The position numbers were made by a program, and so were the translations under genes. This document shows, piece after piece, positions 28,388-38,244 of a DNA stretch of 47,999 nucleotides. Under the pieces are notes generated by a model. It had not been told where the DNA came from and searched no databases. It saw only the letters and a list, made by a program, of their open reading frames with translations. The stretch is from Candidatus Hodarchaeota archaeon (GTDB taxonomy: Archaea; Asgardarchaeota; Lokiarchaeia; Sigyniarchaeales; SOKP01): positions 1-47,999 of the forward strand of contig JBHLJY010000018.1 of NCBI GenBank assembly GCA_048887225.1, in the 5' to 3' direction. The stretch's first letter is position 1, and each line of letters begins with the position of its first letter.

Positions 28388-29503
28388 ATGGGAAAATACA
28401 AATATAGTTCTTCTGCAGTAGGAGAGATTATGGGAAATGTAGCCCAGAGTTTAAAGAGAAATTATACCACGATAATTTCATTAGCTATAGCAATTGTGTT
28501 GCCTTGGATTTTAACCTTAATTTTTATCCATTATTTAGTATTAGCACGTGGTTTGACTTACGAGCTAGCTGCAGATCCTTCCCTTTGGTTTAGAATAACT
28601 ATCTTTTATACATTGAATTTATCATATGAAATGCCCATCTTGGGATTTGGATATTCGCTTTGCATGATAGTGTGGGCAGCTATTGGATTTTTTATTGGAC
28701 TCTATACTCGAAAAATGGGAAAAAGTTTAATTATAGCATTGATAGGTATTGGTACTACGTATTTCCTATATCTTCCATTAGTCTACCTTGGTGGAAAAAC
28801 GTTTCCTGAAGATATGATTATCAATCCATTGATTTTCACGAGACTTTACGAAGATTTCACTTTGGAAACACCAATTTTTCTATTATACCATATTACTTTT
28901 CATTCGTTTGCGTTGCCTGTCTTAATAATGTTCACACTACTAGGAAGCATGTTAAATTCGCCAAGAGAATTTGAAGCACCTCCAGTTGAAGTTGTACCTA
29001 AAAAAGCCCCACCAAAAGTTATTGCAGAACCAGAAATCAAAGCCAAGCCAGAAGAAATCGCAGAAAAACCTGTGGTATTGGAACCAGCTGTAGTGCCAGA
29101 AGTAGAAATTAAGGAAAAAAAAAAATTGAGAGGATTTGCCGGGATTGTTTATAAACAATTCCAACCTTTAAACGCTAATGAAGAATTTAAAGAAGAATTT
29201 AAAAATACCTCTCTTAAATTTCTTTTGAATCCGATTGATCAATTAGTAGCAGCAATGGTAATTTTCGATAAAGGAACTGTAGATGTAGAGGAGTACAAAA
29301 AATTTGATCCTCTTATGACAATGGATAAGAAGAAAATTGGATTTGACGCCTTACTACAAGTTACAACCGAAATGCTATTTGACATTGCTGCGGGAAAAAT
29401 GTCCATAGGGCGATTATTGAAGGCAGCAAAACAGAACGAGAATATAAAAGTTAAGGGAAAGCTAAAACTTTTAAAATTGTTAAAAGCTCTTAAATTACTA
29501 TAG
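28388..29503 (+). CDS. Four-TM membrane protein, Pro/Glu/Lys linker and C-terminal SCP2-like domain (gene 4, copy A)
   Basis: Hydrophobic segments; C-terminal DALLQVTTEMLFDIAAGKMS...IKVKGKLKLLKL is SCP2-like. Confidence 0.75.
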   Translation: MGKYKYSSSAVGEIMGNVAQSLKRNYTTIISLAIAIVLPWILTLIFIHYLVLARGLTYELAADPSLWFRITIFYTLNLSYEMPILGFGYSLCMIVWAAIGFFIGLYTRKMGKSLIIALIGIGTTYFLYLPLVYLGGKTFPEDMIINPLIFTRLYEDFTLETPIFLLYHITFHSFALPVLIMFTLLGSMLNSPREFEAPPVEVVPKKAPPKVIAEPEIKAKPEEIAEKPVVLEPAVVPEVEIKEKKKLRGFAGIVYKQFQPLNANEEFKEEFKNTSLKFLLNPIDQLVAAMVIFDKGTVDVEEYKKFDPLMTMDKKKIGFDALLQVTTEMLFDIAAGKMSIGRLLKAAKQNENIKVKGKLKLLKLLKALKLL

Positions 29504-29536
29504 CAAAAAGTTAAAAAATCATAATAAAATTTAATA

Positions 29537-29549
29537 ATTTTTTTTTTTT
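29537..29549 (+). terminator. Oligo-T terminator after operon copy A
   Basis: Run of ~13 T about 35 nt after the stop. Confidence 0.55.
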
Positions 29550-29753
29550 CCACTATATAATATTTTGCAATGATTTAATTGATTGAAATGAATTCTCAAT
29601 TAATTTACTTTTTTGTCTATTGACCAATATTAATCATCAATAATTAATATCACCAACGCGATAAGCTTTTTAAGTATTAATACTGAACCTTAATTAATCA
29701 AAATTTTCTTATAAAAAATTTTCGATCGAAATACTAAAAAAAGTTGAAAAACG

Positions 29754-30578
29754 ATGAAAATAAAACTAATTTTAATTAGTTTTTTGCTTTTTGCAACAAT
29801 TATTATCGGATTCACAGCTAATACTATTGCTAACGATGATGACGATGAAGATTATGAAATTGGGCTTGATGAAGGAGATGAATACGTTTGGATTTGTAAC
29901 ACATTTGATGAGCAAAAAATGAAGGAATCTTGGGGAAACCACTATGACGGTGTTAAGATTTTTGAGGGTATAGAAGAAGGAAAAAAAATGAAATGGGAGA
30001 TTACGGATGTTAATGATGAAGATAGAATGAATTCGACAAAGACCAGAGTTGAAGAAGATGCTTATACCGTCGAATACGATATCTGGCTGTGGACGGATGA
30101 AGCCGAATTTGGAGATGCAGATTACGAAGATGAGGCATTTACTTGGTTTGCGGATCCCATAGATCATATAACAGATACCCCTATTGAGGACAATTATGTA
30201 CCATGGGTTCCAATTAATGTAGAGGATTATTTAGATCATTTAGAATTGTATAAGTGGTGGAATATTGATGAAAATAAATTAATATATGAAAGATTCGGAA
30301 GTGAAACATCTTATTGGTATAATGGTGATGTTCATAGAAAAGATGTTATAATTGAAATGGAATTCAACGAAGATGGCATTTTGTCCTCTTATACGGTTAA
30401 GAATGAAGATGAGGAAGTTGTCTTAGAATTTGCCCTAGAAGATCCAATGGCCTATATCATTCCAATTATAATCGTAGTTGTACTTATTGTTGCTGCTCTT
30501 ACAATTATCTACGTGGTAATGAGAAAAAAAGGGATAAAACTTAAAGATATTAAAAATAAAATAAGGAGGAAAAAGTAA
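29754..30578 (+). CDS. Acidic secreted, membrane-anchored protein (gene 1, copy B)
   Basis: Close paralog of 21941-22786. Confidence 0.85.
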   Translation: MKIKLILISFLLFATIIIGFTANTIANDDDDEDYEIGLDEGDEYVWICNTFDEQKMKESWGNHYDGVKIFEGIEEGKKMKWEITDVNDEDRMNSTKTRVEEDAYTVEYDIWLWTDEAEFGDADYEDEAFTWFADPIDHITDTPIEDNYVPWVPINVEDYLDHLELYKWWNIDENKLIYERFGSETSYWYNGDVHRKDVIIEMEFNEDGILSSYTVKNEDEEVVLEFALEDPMAYIIPIIIVVVLIVAALTIIYVVMRKKGIKLKDIKNKIRRKK

Positions 30579-32759
30579 ATGAGGAAATTAGCGATTAGTA
30601 TAGCGATGCTTTTACTTGGATCGATTATTATCTCTTTTTTGATTCCGCCTAACTTTAATAATATGACCATTTCTACATCAGAGCAAAAATCTCCAACTCA
30701 GGAAAATATCACACCAGACCAAATATCTCCAATCCAGGACGATATTTTACCTAAACTATCAGCTCCTGCTGGTGTATTTAATCAGACTTTCAATATAACT
30801 CAGTCTGAGGACGATGCTTCTAGTCATCGTTTTACCTTGGCACAACCCATAACCCGTCATGATGCTACAAATATTACTTTGGGTGTCGCTGATAAAGATG
30901 CCCCCAGCCCTGATTTTTATTTTAGCACTGCATTAGCTCTCCGATGGAATATTACAGTTCCAAAATATGCTCACATTACTAAAGCCTATATTAATCTCAC
31001 TGTCACAAATCTTACTTATTGGGGTGAGCCATGGACTGGACTTAACACCTCCATTAGTGCATTTAATCAAGCCACGACAAATGATTTTTCGGTTGGCACT
31101 GAAAACCTTTGGGATAGACCACAGATAGGCGATCTTAATTGGGAGCTTGATGGTACCGAAAGCATTAATCAAACCATTCAATCTATTAATATTGCAAGTT
31201 TAATAGAGCAAATTATAATTCTGGATGGTTGGGACGGAAAATTTGGAGCTTTTATTAAGGCTGGAGTAGGTACGACGTGGTTAGAAGCTATTCAATTTTG
31301 GGCTTATGACTTTGGCAAACCCGAATATTATCCTAAATTATTTGTCGAATGGGACTATTCTCCTCGTTTTATATCTATACCCGCAAATTTGACAGTTAAT
31401 AATCAAACTCTAGGGTATCATTTAGATTGGACTGCTGTAGACCAAGACAACAATCCAACGATCTATACTATATTCGGAAATGAAACGATTGGCGAATCAA
31501 CTAAACAAGTTCAAAGTGGCACTTGGACATCGGGTGTTGTGATTAGATATGATATGCCAAGAATCAATATAGAAAATTATCCGTTTGTTATTGTTAAATA
31601 TAATATCACTATTTACGATGATGATGGAAAATTTAATTGGAACGTTGTTGATATCAATGTAACCGATAAAGGACTCCCTACTATCGATGTTAAATTTGTT
31701 CAAGAAGACAAAGAATTTTCTTATGAAAAACAAAATTATTTTGAAACTGATAAAGGACCTTTTACCATACAGATCTACAATAAGACTCCGATAAATCCAG
31801 TCGTGACGTTTAGTGCTTATTATCCATTAAATCGTTTGAATATTTGGTCAGGATTAATGTTGTTGGGATTTATACCAGCTGTGGGTAATATATTTTGTAC
31901 AGAGAGGACGTATGGTCCTGCATATTGTATTGAAGATTGGGCATTATCAATTCAATGGGGCACTGAGGGGATTCCGCCCGCTTATGCCTGGACCCCACTC
32001 GATTTTAATTATACCGACGCAGCTGGCTGTTGGCAATTAACACCCACCGTTGGGCTTGAGAGTGGCAGGTTTGCTCTTAATCATACATTCCAACTCGCTA
32101 TATATTTGCCAATTCTGCCGGCTTTATCTATATATGAATATTATGGTTTTCCTATTCAAGATCTTTTATATGGTCTTACAAACTATATTAATATCAATTT
32201 GGGAGGAGAATTTATTTATTTAAATCAGACAGTTTCTACAGTTAAAGGTGGGATGTGGGACCCATTAAACTTTTCCATGTTAAATAAGGATACGTCGCCA
32301 CCATTTTTCTGTGAACCAATATTCAATGAACCAAAAGAGCCGGACTTGCATTATGAGATAAGAATATTAGTATACACCGAAGAACATGGTGCGGATATTG
32401 ATGAGGTTTATCTTTATTATAATATTGATGATGGTGCTTGGAAAAGAACGGAAATGGCTTTACAATACGGAAATTATTACGGTGAAATTCCTCCACAAGA
32501 GGGGGGTGCTAAAATAACATATTATATAGAAATGGTGGATATAGAAGGCAATATCATTGCAACTGATGAATATGAAGAGACAGCAGTTACATTCGAAGGA
32601 CCATCTCCACTCGTGCCAATATTAGGGGTCCTTCTAGCATTCCTTGGAGCACTTTCACTTGTGGTGATCTTGCGTTATAGAAGTAAGAGAGCATTTAAGA
32701 AAGCTAGTGCAGAAAAACTAATAAAGAAACCTAAGAAAGGGGTGATAGAGAAAGAATGA
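30579..32759 (+). CDS. Surface glycoprotein with DNRLRE-like and Ig-like domains (gene 2, copy B)
   Basis: Paralog of 22767-24902 with a strongly diverged N-terminal domain. Confidence 0.8.
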   Translation: MRKLAISIAMLLLGSIIISFLIPPNFNNMTISTSEQKSPTQENITPDQISPIQDDILPKLSAPAGVFNQTFNITQSEDDASSHRFTLAQPITRHDATNITLGVADKDAPSPDFYFSTALALRWNITVPKYAHITKAYINLTVTNLTYWGEPWTGLNTSISAFNQATTNDFSVGTENLWDRPQIGDLNWELDGTESINQTIQSINIASLIEQIIILDGWDGKFGAFIKAGVGTTWLEAIQFWAYDFGKPEYYPKLFVEWDYSPRFISIPANLTVNNQTLGYHLDWTAVDQDNNPTIYTIFGNETIGESTKQVQSGTWTSGVVIRYDMPRINIENYPFVIVKYNITIYDDDGKFNWNVVDINVTDKGLPTIDVKFVQEDKEFSYEKQNYFETDKGPFTIQIYNKTPINPVVTFSAYYPLNRLNIWSGLMLLGFIPAVGNIFCTERTYGPAYCIEDWALSIQWGTEGIPPAYAWTPLDFNYTDAAGCWQLTPTVGLESGRFALNHTFQLAIYLPILPALSIYEYYGFPIQDLLYGLTNYININLGGEFIYLNQTVSTVKGGMWDPLNFSMLNKDTSPPFFCEPIFNEPKEPDLHYEIRILVYTEEHGADIDEVYLYYNIDDGAWKRTEMALQYGNYYGEIPPQEGGAKITYYIEMVDIEGNIIATDEYEETAVTFEGPSPLVPILGVLLAFLGALSLVVILRYRSKRAFKKASAEKLIKKPKKGVIEKE

Positions 32760-35700
32760 GACTAAGAAGATTGAAAAAGTTCGCTCCACATATTATTATA
32801 TTAGCAGCACTCATAGGGACCACCGTTCCTACTTTAGGAGCACAATTACTTAAAGAGTTTACTCCAACTTTAAATTTAATCGATGTTTTGTCAAAGCCCG
32901 AAGCTGTTAGTTTAGAAGCTATGGAAATTGTAGACAAATCATACGATAAAGAGGCAGCAGAACTTCTTATTTCCTCTAATGATAAGATCTATACAAACTA
33001 TCCTATCTGGGACATTCAGGGGATATATAAGCCAGGCGAGCCTTACAACTATTATACCTCGACGGTATTTTTCAATGATAAAACAATCGATTTATCCCGA
33101 GCTCCCTTGAGGCGGACTGTTGAAAACGAGATAATACAGTCGCAATTTGTTGCGATTCATGAAAATACCTTTAATATCACCCAATCTGAGGATGATGCGT
33201 GGAATCGACATACTACGTTTCCACGTATGGATTACACATCTGATACGCTTCTTTTAGGAGGACATAATCTAGCAGGCCAAGACGCTCAAAGAAGAATCGC
33301 TTTACGATGGAACGCAACAATTCCAAAAGATGCTACCCTCATAGAAGCTTATATTTATCTTACTTACGCTACATCGAACAACTATAATGGTTTTAGAAAG
33401 AGAATTTATGGATTTTTAAATGGCAGCACGCCCGATTTTTCCGATACTAGCGAGACTCTTTGGGGTGCTGGTTCGAGGCCAAAAACAAGCTATCTTAATT
33501 GGCTTACTTACCAGGAAACGGGTTTTGTCTTGCCAGCAGATAACGAGACTATTCAGACTATAGATATCAAATATATCTTATCACAAGTTATAAATACGCC
33601 CGAATGGGAAGGAAATTACAGTTTCGGTGTTATGATTATGCCATATCAAGAAGTACAAAATCTCAATTCTGAAATGGTTGAATACTGGTCATATGATGGT
33701 GCTATAGCTGCTGGAAGGCCTGAATTCGTTCCCAAATTATATGTAAAATGGGAAGAAGCTCCCGCAAATAACTATTCTCTTTCAGATTTTGCTGATTCGA
33801 CCATTACTATTGAACGGAGATTAGAATCCACGGCATGTGCATTAAGAGGAGTAGAAGGAGTATGGAATACTTCAGACCACTTCGGTGGAAATTTATATGA
33901 TGAGTCACAAGGGGATTCGTACACGGGAGATGACATAACAATGATCGTCCGAACTCCTTTTGAGAATGTAACTGGTGTATATGTGACATATCTCACAAAT
34001 GAAGAAATTCCTGTTGCAGTTTATTATACTGTTAAGGATTGGACAACACTTACGTGGCTCCTTGGTTTGGAGTTTGATAATAGAGGCGATGAGACTATAA
34101 TTGTTCCTAGGGCCAATCTTACTCTGAATTTCTTAGAAGAAACGCTTGGTGAGGGTTGGATTCCTAAAGAATATGAGATTAAAGGCCATTCCAGGAAAAT
34201 GGTTGATGCATATTTAGTAATGGAGAATGATAGAGAGACAGCTACATTTATAACAGCTGTGCTCGCTGGAGAACCGATTGAATTTAAGTTAGGATTTGAA
34301 GCATATATTCTTGCTGAAGATCAGAACGGTGAACCCATGCTTCCCGTTGTTTATACCGTTGAATTAGATTTTCCATTTCCATCTACAACGAGGGGACCCT
34401 TTCCGTTCATTCATTCAATAACAAGATCTCCAGTTAGCCCTAATCAACCAGTTACGATAAGTGTGAATGCCAGTGATGAAGGAACTGGAATTTCAAATCG
34501 TACCTACCTTTATTACTCCATAAATCAAGGAGCTACATGGGATAGGGTTGATATGACAGGGGGTACTTGGTGGGGAAGTTATCTGGGAACTCCATTAGGA
34601 GGTTATTTTCCAATACCATCAACTACCGGTGAGGAGAAATTTGAAGGAGAAATTCCTGCTAGTGCGAATAAGCCAGGCAGAGAGATTCTTTTTAAAGTAT
34701 ACATTGAAGACTATGCTGATGATGTCGATCACGAGGGTAAAGGGAATTGGATTTGGTCTCAGGTTTATTCATATGTCGTCCCTGGAGCTGGAGAATTACC
34801 CGCGGAGACGAAAACATTTCAAAAATCAACTGAAAAAGCCTTCTTTAGTAAATTTTTAGATTTCATTGAATTAAACGGGTTGATTTTATCGCACTTTTTG
34901 TTCCTTAGGGGAATTACTACAGATGCATTAATCCCTTTATTGCCATCCATGGGTGAATTTTTTTACGACAATGATATAGATTCGAGTTATATACTTGCTA
35001 TGATTATTGTTCATTTTGATTTTGGAGTAGATATAATGTCTGATTCTGGCGTATCAGTTGGCTATTTACTAGAGCTTTTTGGAGTTGACTTTCAAGATAT
35101 TTTTGAATATTTAATCGATCATGCGTTTCTGCCATTAGATCTGCGACCAGATCAAAGTTTACATACGGTTGCGAGTGATTATTTCGAAGAGATTACGCTA
35201 GTTGACACATTGACTACATACACAATACCCCTTTGGAATTCAACCGCAAATGGAACAGTTCAAGAAGAGACGAGTAATGTATTAAATATTAATGGTGAAA
35301 AAATTGGTTCAGCATCTTTAAATTGGGCATTATCGGGTCCAGCGATTCTAAGTAGTAATTATAGTCTTTTGACTCAGTTATTTGGCCCGATTGATCTTTC
35401 AAAAAACCATTTAATAGATTTTTACATTGATTATGATAACTATACAAGACTTAATGGTAATCTCGCAATGACACTCATAGATGGAAATAATAGAACAATG
35501 ACTTCGAGCCAAATAAGTTTCGGTGAGACAGCATCCGGAACGTTTCAGGAAATAAACATACCTCTCAGTGAATTTACGCAAGAACCAGGATTTAATATTG
35601 CTGACATCCATAATATAACCTTCACATATAGTGGAAACGAAGCAGTAAATGTTTATATCGACTATATAAGCGCTTATTCTACTCGTGCTTATAATTACCA

Positions 35701-36244
35701 TGTCTACTTTACAAATACTATAGCAATAAGGAATAATGCGGCAACAAATTCATTCAAAGCTTTCCTCAATAACATATTTCAAGGTATGGGTGCTAATTTG
35801 AATCCCATGGCTAGATCTTGGGATCCTATAATCCCAGATTGGGGAAGTATAGGCTATCCTTCAGCGATTGTTACCGTACCGGGTGACCGCATGCCCAGCT
35901 ATAACTTCGTACATTTACTATCCACAAATGGTACATACAATTATATTGATGGTCCAGGTCCAAACCATCACATGGTAGCTGCCGAATTGCTTTTGGAATA
36001 TGTTGGTGTGGCAGATCCTTATAGAACAATGTGCAGTATGTTTGGCATAGAAATTGAACCACCACCTGATGCCTTTACTAAGGCTGAAATCTATCCTTAC
36101 ACGAACAACTTAGGAAAATATATGGTTTACATTCCTTTCGCAGGTGTTGCAGCTCTCGCAATCGTACTACAAACGCGGAGGTACCTATCCAAGAAAAAAG
36201 GTATAGGCATACGAGAAAAATATAAAAAAATAATAAAGCGGTGA
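32756..36244 (+). CDS. Large surface glycoprotein (gene 3, copy B)
   Basis: Paralog of 24902-28381. Confidence 0.8.
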   Translation: MRLRRLKKFAPHIIILAALIGTTVPTLGAQLLKEFTPTLNLIDVLSKPEAVSLEAMEIVDKSYDKEAAELLISSNDKIYTNYPIWDIQGIYKPGEPYNYYTSTVFFNDKTIDLSRAPLRRTVENEIIQSQFVAIHENTFNITQSEDDAWNRHTTFPRMDYTSDTLLLGGHNLAGQDAQRRIALRWNATIPKDATLIEAYIYLTYATSNNYNGFRKRIYGFLNGSTPDFSDTSETLWGAGSRPKTSYLNWLTYQETGFVLPADNETIQTIDIKYILSQVINTPEWEGNYSFGVMIMPYQEVQNLNSEMVEYWSYDGAIAAGRPEFVPKLYVKWEEAPANNYSLSDFADSTITIERRLESTACALRGVEGVWNTSDHFGGNLYDESQGDSYTGDDITMIVRTPFENVTGVYVTYLTNEEIPVAVYYTVKDWTTLTWLLGLEFDNRGDETIIVPRANLTLNFLEETLGEGWIPKEYEIKGHSRKMVDAYLVMENDRETATFITAVLAGEPIEFKLGFEAYILAEDQNGEPMLPVVYTVELDFPFPSTTRGPFPFIHSITRSPVSPNQPVTISVNASDEGTGISNRTYLYYSINQGATWDRVDMTGGTWWGSYLGTPLGGYFPIPSTTGEEKFEGEIPASANKPGREILFKVYIEDYADDVDHEGKGNWIWSQVYSYVVPGAGELPAETKTFQKSTEKAFFSKFLDFIELNGLILSHFLFLRGITTDALIPLLPSMGEFFYDNDIDSSYILAMIIVHFDFGVDIMSDSGVSVGYLLELFGVDFQDIFEYLIDHAFLPLDLRPDQSLHTVASDYFEEITLVDTLTTYTIPLWNSTANGTVQEETSNVLNINGEKIGSASLNWALSGPAILSSNYSLLTQLFGPIDLSKNHLIDFYIDYDNYTRLNGNLAMTLIDGNNRTMTSSQISFGETASGTFQEINIPLSEFTQEPGFNIADIHNITFTYSGNEAVNVYIDYISAYSTRAYNYHVYFTNTIAIRNNAATNSFKAFLNNIFQGMGANLNPMARSWDPIIPDWGSIGYPSAIVTVPGDRMPSYNFVHLLSTNGTYNYIDGPGPNHHMVAAELLLEYVGVADPYRTMCSMFGIEIEPPPDAFTKAEIYPYTNNLGKYMVYIPFAGVAALAIVLQTRRYLSKKKGIGIREKYKKIIKR

Positions 36245-36250
36245 GAATAA

Positions 36251-36967
36251 ATGGGAAAATACAAATATAGTTCTTCTGCAGTAGGAGAGATTATGGGAAA
36301 TGTAGCCCAGAGTTTAAAGAGAAATTATACCACGATAATTTCATTAGCTATAGCAATTGTGTTGCCTTGGATTTTAACCTTAATTTTTATCCATTATTTA
36401 GTATTAGCACGTGGTTTGACTTACGAGCTAGCTGCAGATCCTTCCCTTTGGTTTAGAATAACTATCTTTTATACATTGAATTTATCATATGAAATGCCCA
36501 TCTTGGGATTTGGATATTCGCTTTGCATGATAGTGTGGGCAGCTATTGGATTTTTTATTGGACTCTATACTCGAAAAATGGGAAAAAGTTTAATTATAGC
36601 ATTGATAGGTATTGGTACTACGTATTTCCTATATCTTCCATTAGTCTACCTTGGTGGAAAAACGTTTCCTGAAGATATGATTATCAATCCATTGATTTTC
36701 ACGAGACTTTACGAAGATTTCACTTTGGAAACACCAATTTTTCTATTATACCATATTACTTTTCATTCGTTTGCGTTGCCTGTCTTAATAATGTTCACAC
36801 TACTAGGAAGCATGTTAAATTCGCCAAGAGAATTTGAAGCACCTCCTGCTGAAGTTGTACCTAAAAAAGCCCCACCCAAAGTTATTAAAGAACCGGAAGT
36901 CAAAGCCAAGCCAGAAGAAATCGTAGAAAATCCAGCTAAAACTTTAGAAATTGATAAAAGCTCTTAA
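36251..36967 (+). CDS. Four-TM membrane protein with SCP2 domain deleted (gene 4, copy B)
   Basis: Identical to copy A over ~198 aa, then ends after the linker. Confidence 0.8.
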   Translation: MGKYKYSSSAVGEIMGNVAQSLKRNYTTIISLAIAIVLPWILTLIFIHYLVLARGLTYELAADPSLWFRITIFYTLNLSYEMPILGFGYSLCMIVWAAIGFFIGLYTRKMGKSLIIALIGIGTTYFLYLPLVYLGGKTFPEDMIINPLIFTRLYEDFTLETPIFLLYHITFHSFALPVLIMFTLLGSMLNSPREFEAPPAEVVPKKAPPKVIKEPEVKAKPEEIVENPAKTLEIDKSS

Positions 36968-37072
36968 ACTACTTTAGCAAAAAGTCAAAAAATCATAATA
37001 AAACCTAATAAAATCTTTTTTTTTATTTTTTATTTTTTGAATGCTTTATTCAAAAAAATGATGTTAATTAGA

Positions 37073-38101
37073 CTAAAAAATAGAAATATTTACACTAATG
37101 AGTAGCAAAATAGCAACAAGTCCAGTAATAAAAGGATTTAAATAATTATCTGACAACTTTACCTTGCTTGTTATAATGTCAATTAAGACAAAAATAATTG
37201 AAAGAATTAAACCAAGATAGAATGCTAGTTCTATTGACCAATTAGAGAATCCAAAAAAGTTAGAAAACATTATTCCAAATAACGTACTTATAAAAGTAAA
37301 TATAAATCCCCCTATATAACCTTCAATGGATTTGTCTGTACTTTTTGGAAAACGATGTTTTTTATCTGAAGCTAAAAGGCCGATAATTGAAGCCATTGCA
37401 TCAGATATAGAAGTTACGAGAAGCACTACAAAGAATATAGGAAAACTAAGAAACATGAAAGGTCCAAAAGAGAAAACCATGACAGCAGTACTTGAAAATG
37501 TATCTAATTCGTCTGGAATTAATCCTGCATAACACATTTTTATTGCGCTGGGGGGCATATAACTAAAATCGAATAATCGAATTAAATCTTCAGCTATAAA
37601 CGTAAAACCAAAATCAATACCAATAATAACTATGAAAAATAAAGCGTAACTGCTCCAAGCATCACCTAAAAGATCTTTAAAGAAAAAATAAAAAATGATA
37701 ATGCATAAAGTAACTACAGCACTAGGAAGAATATGAGTAATTCTTCTTTGTAATTTATTTCTTTGGTGATATTCCTCTAAAAGCTTCTTACAAAAAAAAT
37801 CGTAATTATTTTGTTCTTTTAAGAGCTCAGGATTTCTGATTGTCCTTAATTTAGCAGAAATTCCCCAAGCTGCTATACACATCATAACTCCAACGATGAA
37901 AATATTACCTAAGAGTGTAAATTCGTCCACAGCGTTTGATAAAAAAACACCCTTCTTATTGCCCGCAAGTTTTAATATTAAAAACGGATAATAAATTCCA
38001 AATGCTAATGGTAATAATGTGTATATAATTTCATTAATTTTTTTATATTTATCCTTATTTTCTGAGTTCCAAGTTCTAACAATGTGTATGAACATAACCA
38101 C
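37073..38101 (-). CDS. SEC59/DGK1/VTE5 (dolichol/phytol/DAG kinase, cytidylyltransferase-like) family membrane protein; true start likely upstream
   Basis: RRITHIL, SISDAMASIIG, KSIEGYIGG and SDNYLNP. Confidence 0.8.
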   Translation of the reverse strand: MVMFIHIVRTWNSENKDKYKKINEIIYTLLPLAFGIYYPFLILKLAGNKKGVFLSNAVDEFTLLGNIFIVGVMMCIAAWGISAKLRTIRNPELLKEQNNYDFFCKKLLEEYHQRNKLQRRITHILPSAVVTLCIIIFYFFFKDLLGDAWSSYALFFIVIIGIDFGFTFIAEDLIRLFDFSYMPPSAIKMCYAGLIPDELDTFSSTAVMVFSFGPFMFLSFPIFFVVLLVTSISDAMASIIGLLASDKKHRFPKSTDKSIEGYIGGFIFTFISTLFGIMFSNFFGFSNWSIELAFYLGLILSIIFVLIDIITSKVKLSDNYLNPFITGLVAILLLISVNISIF

Positions 38102-38244
38102 GACAATCGCAAAACATAAAATAGAAACTGGTAAAAATAAAATAGATCTTCACTATAATAATAATAATTTAAAGATATTACACCTCGAATTAATAAAAAG
38201 TTTGCGATTATTATGATTTTCTTTAGTGCTTAAGAGCAAGTCTT

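Larger units (their letters stand above)
21844..29540 (+). repeat. Tandem duplication unit 1 (promoter, four genes, terminator)
   Basis: Colinear homology with 29658-37015, including the upstream promoter and the 3' flank. Confidence 0.92.
29658..37015 (+). repeat. Tandem duplication unit 2
   Basis: Homologous to 21844-29540; offset ~7.8 kb (7863 nt at gene 4). Confidence 0.92.

Noticed and set aside
21844-37015. Diversity-generating retroelement or invertase-driven shufflon
   Set aside because: No reverse transcriptase or recombinase is in the window, differences between copies are not adenine-specific, and the repeats are direct and gene-length.
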